From positions 2,914,001 through 2,978,000 of the forward strand of contig NC_079238.1 of NCBI RefSeq assembly GCF_027921745.1: a stretch of DNA of 64,000 nucleotides. Direction: 5' to 3'. This DNA is from Schizosaccharomyces osmophilus (lineage: Eukaryota). The translations under genes were made by a program, and so were the position numbers. The first letter of the stretch is position 1. Each line of letters opens with the position of its first letter. Below are positions 59,668 through 64,000 of this stretch, piece by piece. The notes under the pieces were generated by a model. The model did not search any database. It worked only from the letters and a program-made list of their open reading frames with translations, and had not been told where the DNA came from.

Positions 59668-62600
59668 TTAAAGGTAGTTAAGTGATTCATCCAGCTCTAC
59701 TAAATCATTCATGATTGTAGAGATTGGTACACCACACTTGTGAGCCATTTCATGTCTGTGAGCAACAGACATGTAAGTAAACCGTTCAATTAACGTACCG
59801 TCCAATACTCGATGAGCAGCATTGCTCAAATTCGAAGACGTGGAGATTAATCGATGCGACCGGGGATTCAATCCACCAACTGAATCCACTCTATTGGCTA
59901 AGTAGTTTTGAATAATATTGAGACGACGATACACCCTTTCAGATACAGGGCTTACCATTTGTAAACCTCCATCAGCATTTACCATAACGCAAGAGAAATC
60001 GTTCCCTGTATCGTACTCATAATCGTCTTGTCTTGACTTCTTTTCCTTTGGTACGATTTTCATTGCTGTAATTATATGACCAATATGGAAGTCACCTCTG
60101 GCAACCAGTCGTTCACCTGAATGAGATTCGGGATTTTCGGGATCATAGGCTAATAATCTCAAATCACCCTCAGTATCAGCTACTACAAAATAAAGGTTTT
60201 CTCCTTGAACTATGAAGTCCGCTGCTGTAACAGATAGTGCGTCTTGACCTTTAGCAAATAGAGTCATTCGATAAGGCTCTTCCGAGAAGCCAACGAATGA
60301 AACATTTTGTCGAATATCCCCAAATAGAAGTAAATTTCGCAAACATTTCGCGGAAACGGTATAGTTACCCAAATCTATAAAAGCTACACCAACCAAATGA
60401 TCTTCATCTTCCAAAGCTCGAACTATTATCTTTTGGCCCTGCCCACTCAATAAATAACCGTCTACCTCGCAAACCACAGCAACAGTACCTTTAATCTCTT
60501 CTCTTGTGATTAGCTTTAGTTTGTGTCGAGTTTCTGGTCGGCCTGGTTGAGGGACGACGTCGATAATCTCGAAAAGGTAAGTAGCACCACGAACAGCAAT
60601 ATCTTCACCCTTTGTAATAGAAGTTCCAACAGCAATATAGGGTTTTCTAAGTTTCGTTGTCTCTGACACTTCCAAATTAACAACAGACACAGACAATGGG
60701 ATTTCATACGGCAAAAATCCATAATTATCAATGACTGTCCATGTTAAGGGGGAAATCAAATCCAAAGAACCGGTATTAGCATAAGGTAAATAATCTTTAT
60801 CATCACTTGGCGGATAAAGCTCTTTCCCATCCTCGTCCGTGACAGTAAATTCAGAGGGCACACAACTTCCAACTGCATATATCATTTTAGTTGGGTGATA
60901 TGCAATACCACTAACTTGTTTTTCCAACGGAATTTTTTTATAGGCCCAACGAGAATCATAATTGAAATCATCCTGAAATTTGCAAATACGAATGAAAGAG
61001 TTTTCATCCACGTATATATAACCATGAGGAGTATGTTCAGAATGAAAAGGAGCAATTGAAAGAATGGGAATTTCAGAAATAACAGGATAAAATTTGGCGT
61101 TTGAATGCTTAGTACTGAGTATATAGAATGGTTTACGTCCAGTAACAAACACAGCTGAACGACTTCCCACTCTCTCGATGGCTACCATCCTTGAATGATC
61201 TATTGAATTGGTTGACTTCTCATTTGAAGCAGATCCAGCATCACGGGGTTGTATGTTTCCTACTTGGTATTCTCGAGTCATGCCTTCTTGGGGCACTTTT
61301 GCAAATGAAAGTAAATTTTTATGTACAGTGTCATCGTAAAAAACGAATGCTTTATAAACGGTTATCTCGTTCATTCTCGAACGCAGGAATAAATGGGGTT
61401 CTTTAAAATCATCACCTAAATCAGCTACCATCAATTCAACCAATTCTTGACTAGACTCAGAATTAAAGAAAGCGGTTTCCGACTTGAGTCCGTTGGACAA
61501 AGTTGGTGGTAGATCAAATGCGTCGCATTCCATCAAAAGAGAAAAGTCTATGAGATTCAATACTTTAAGTACACCTTCTGCGGTTAAAGCAAATAAGATT
61601 GGGTGTTTCTCTAGTAATTGCTGATCAAGGTTACTTACATTTTTTTCAGTGACCAGGTTAGCATCTGCTTCAGAAACGCTCTTGGTTTTGCTATCACCAT
61701 TCAAAGAACCATATATTCCCGAAGATTCGTCAAAAACCGCTTGACTCTGCTCATATTCATTTGGATTCCGAAAAAGTTTAGAAAATATTGTAGAATTTCC
61801 AGGGGCAATTAACGAAGCAGTTTTAACGCTTTGAAGTTGGCTATGTAAATCGGTCCTCGTAAGCAACTGCGATCTTAAGTCCATTCGATACAGGGAAATA
61901 TCACCGCCCAAAAATACAACGATTATACAAGGATCACATATACTGGTTGACACCACAACCTGGTTTTTTCCAAAATTGAAAAGTTGAGTCCTTTTTAGGG
62001 TAGAATCGTAAACATGTATGCTTGTAGGGCATATCTGTACCATTCTCATTCCCGACATCAACGAGCCTACATCTACTGTTCTCGACTGTTTGTTAAAATC
62101 TGAATTCTCGACCTCGTCAAACGTTTCACCTGCAGAAAACATAAAAGATTCATCATTTTTCGATAACACCAAATAGGCATCTGGCTCCAAATTCATGTAC
62201 GACGTTTGTACTCTTCGACGAGAACGTCTTTGTCTCCCAGTAAGGCTCACGGACCATAAAGCTTCACACCCCTGAAAACCAAATTCGCCAGCAACAAGAG
62301 GAAAAATACTTCTACGAAAAACAACAAGCCCACCGGCGCCACCGGCTCCACTAGCTCCCACTAGTTCAAGCGGCCCATGATTATCTTGTGGATAGTATGC
62401 CAGAGACCCAGCTTTACCAATAGCGAAGTCTGTTATAGGCCCAATGTTCAACAAAACATCGAAAATACTCATTCGCAAAGGTCCATTTTCAAAAGCAATT
62501 TTACCAGCAGTATCGTTACGATCATTGGTTTCATAAATATCGAGCATTTCCTCCATTTCGGCGTCATTAGTAGAGTAAAACTCATCATTCTCATTATCTT

Positions 62601-63933
62601 CCGTATTTTTTGATATGTTTGAGTGACGATTCCAATGAACCAAATAGCTATCCGTCACCTGGCTTCCTAAAAATATCATGTTCTCTTCGATTGGTAAAGC
62701 TGTAGTCACACCGGCTCTCAAAAAGTCTTCGTTTATATCCAAATCTAGGTTTTGTAGAGAGAGTCCTTTTACCGTTTTTCCATCCAAAATGAAATCAAGG
62801 TAGAGAAATTGGCCAGAAGTCAGAATTAATAGTACAAACGGATTTCCAATCTTTGAATTAACTAGTGGTACTGCAATAGTGCCCTCTAGCTCTATATTAA
62901 AATTTGATCGATCTTGAAGAGGAAAATTTGTACACTTAGGATAAAACGTATTGACGCCTATACCAACAGTGCGTCCGGCTGAGTCAACATAAATTAGTTC
63001 ATTACCGCCAACTAACAATGATCCGCCAAGCGGCATTGGTATTGGGACTAATTGGAAAATATCATACGGAAGATTTTGTATCGTGGTGATCACAGCACTA
63101 GCACGCTGATCCAAATCTAAAGTAACGAGAGAAAAGCAGACATTGTCTTTCAGGATAGGAAGGGTTACTGTAGTTGTTTGCTGAGGACTGTACAAGATAG
63201 CCAAAGTTGGCTCTCTATAGCCATACAAAAATTTAACATCTAGTATCCGTGCGATTGTAGACTCTAACTGAGAGGAGTCTAAAACAAAAGAAGGTTTATA
63301 AGGAGTGATGGAATTCCAGATATTTTTAGCGTCATCTACAGTGGCTTCCTCCATTTCAAGATCTTCAAGCTTGGGGAAAGGAATAATCGCCATCATATCA
63401 GTGTGAAACCTCAGCAAACAGCAATTAGAATCTGGATCAACAATTAACTGAGTAGGAGTTCGATTAATAGACGGCATTGTCGGTTTAACTGCTTCATAAT
63501 AATGAAGACTAGTTGTTACTAGGCTTTGAGTTTTCATATCCCACTCTAAAATGGATATTTTAGCATAATCCGACAACATAACTAGTAAATCACATCCCTT
63601 ATTTCCTTTTCCTTTTAAAATAGAAAGAGCAGTTATTGTTCCAAATACCTGAAATTGGCTCACGAGACGTAAAACATAACTAGTGTGTTCGTGAGTACGA
63701 ATCAAATGCATATTCGTCTCCATAAAGGCTTGACTATCATCAATCAAGTTATTTGAGTAATCATTCTGTGAAAAAGCTTCAGATTCATCTTTTTGAACTT
63801 TCTCGATTTCAAAAACATAAAGAGAGTCTACTCTGCCAACAATCAAATTACTAGTAGAAAGTGAAGATAATTTTCCTTGAACAGCATTTTTAACGGCTGT
63901 TGAATCCGTCAAACTTTGAAATATAGTTGACAT
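59668..63933 (-). CDS. cft1: Cleavage/polyadenylation factor Cft1 (CPSF160)
   Basis: TTSLHYYE, FLYGYREPTLAIL, NIGPITDF, GEDIAVRG, YDPENPESHSGERL, GGLNPR; 1421 aa. Confidence 0.96.
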   Translation of the reverse strand: MSTIFQSLTDSTAVKNAVQGKLSSLSTSNLIVGRVDSLYVFEIEKVQKDESEAFSQNDYSNNLIDDSQAFMETNMHLIRTHEHTSYVLRLVSQFQVFGTITALSILKGKGNKGCDLLVMLSDYAKISILEWDMKTQSLVTTSLHYYEAVKPTMPSINRTPTQLIVDPDSNCCLLRFHTDMMAIIPFPKLEDLEMEEATVDDAKNIWNSITPYKPSFVLDSSQLESTIARILDVKFLYGYREPTLAILYSPQQTTTVTLPILKDNVCFSLVTLDLDQRASAVITTIQNLPYDIFQLVPIPMPLGGSLLVGGNELIYVDSAGRTVGIGVNTFYPKCTNFPLQDRSNFNIELEGTIAVPLVNSKIGNPFVLLILTSGQFLYLDFILDGKTVKGLSLQNLDLDINEDFLRAGVTTALPIEENMIFLGSQVTDSYLVHWNRHSNISKNTEDNENDEFYSTNDAEMEEMLDIYETNDRNDTAGKIAFENGPLRMSIFDVLLNIGPITDFAIGKAGSLAYYPQDNHGPLELVGASGAGGAGGLVVFRRSIFPLVAGEFGFQGCEALWSVSLTGRQRRSRRRVQTSYMNLEPDAYLVLSKNDESFMFSAGETFDEVENSDFNKQSRTVDVGSLMSGMRMVQICPTSIHVYDSTLKRTQLFNFGKNQVVVSTSICDPCIIVVFLGGDISLYRMDLRSQLLTRTDLHSQLQSVKTASLIAPGNSTIFSKLFRNPNEYEQSQAVFDESSGIYGSLNGDSKTKSVSEADANLVTEKNVSNLDQQLLEKHPILFALTAEGVLKVLNLIDFSLLMECDAFDLPPTLSNGLKSETAFFNSESSQELVELMVADLGDDFKEPHLFLRSRMNEITVYKAFVFYDDTVHKNLLSFAKVPQEGMTREYQVGNIQPRDAGSASNEKSTNSIDHSRMVAIERVGSRSAVFVTGRKPFYILSTKHSNAKFYPVISEIPILSIAPFHSEHTPHGYIYVDENSFIRICKFQDDFNYDSRWAYKKIPLEKQVSGIAYHPTKMIYAVGSCVPSEFTVTDEDGKELYPPSDDKDYLPYANTGSLDLISPLTWTVIDNYGFLPYEIPLSVSVVNLEVSETTKLRKPYIAVGTSITKGEDIAVRGATYLFEIIDVVPQPGRPETRHKLKLITREEIKGTVAVVCEVDGYLLSGQGQKIIVRALEDEDHLVGVAFIDLGNYTVSAKCLRNLLLFGDIRQNVSFVGFSEEPYRMTLFAKGQDALSVTAADFIVQGENLYFVVADTEGDLRLLAYDPENPESHSGERLVARGDFHIGHIITAMKIVPKEKKSRQDDYEYDTGNDFSCVMVNADGGLQMVSPVSERVYRRLNIIQNYLANRVDSVGGLNPRSHRLISTSSNLSNAAHRVLDGTLIERFTYMSVAHRHEMAHKCGVPISTIMNDLVELDESLNYL

Positions 63934-64000
63934 AAAGCCGAAAACATATATGTTGTGTTCTAACCAAACGAAGGGGTTGAGAAATAATGGTAGTGGATGT

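Noticed and set aside
1..64000. Transposons, LTRs, wtf-like drivers, rRNA, CRISPR
   Set aside because: No gag/pol, TG...CA LTR, 5S rDNA, wtf-like exon structure or spaced direct repeats were recognised. Short degenerate solo LTRs could be missed by eye.

Overview
Eukaryotic, gene-dense, AT-rich fission-yeast DNA. The proteins are clear but diverged orthologues of Schizosaccharomyces pombe proteins, so it is probably from a sister species such as S. octosporus, S. cryophilus or S. osmophilus; the species cannot be fixed from the sequence. As recalled, gene order matches the S. pombe chromosome II block SPBC4 / SPBC1306 / SPBC409 / SPBC1709. I support 35 protein-coding genes, many with short GT-AG introns reconstructed by hand, plus one intron-containing tRNA-Arg(CCU). 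No transposon, LTR, rRNA or CRISPR was seen. The main signals outside the ORF track are: (1) a decayed LigB/DODA-type dioxygenase pseudogene between met7 and cft2; (2) a probable decayed B-type cyclin relic between ade7 and mis13; (3) a 331-nt psh3 intron that folds into nested stems whose mismatches are G-U wobbles on the transcribed strand; (4) a 2.7-kb divergent region between a polyamine-type MFS transporter and wis1, with ATG-depleted leaders, one 7-codon uORF, a probable 5'-UTR intron and clustered TCGGCA sites; (5) dual-start met7, an AUGA-overlapping uORF on saw1, and Ste11, Mei4 and HomolD promoter elements. Gene names rest on recognised motifs and recalled synteny; no database search was run.
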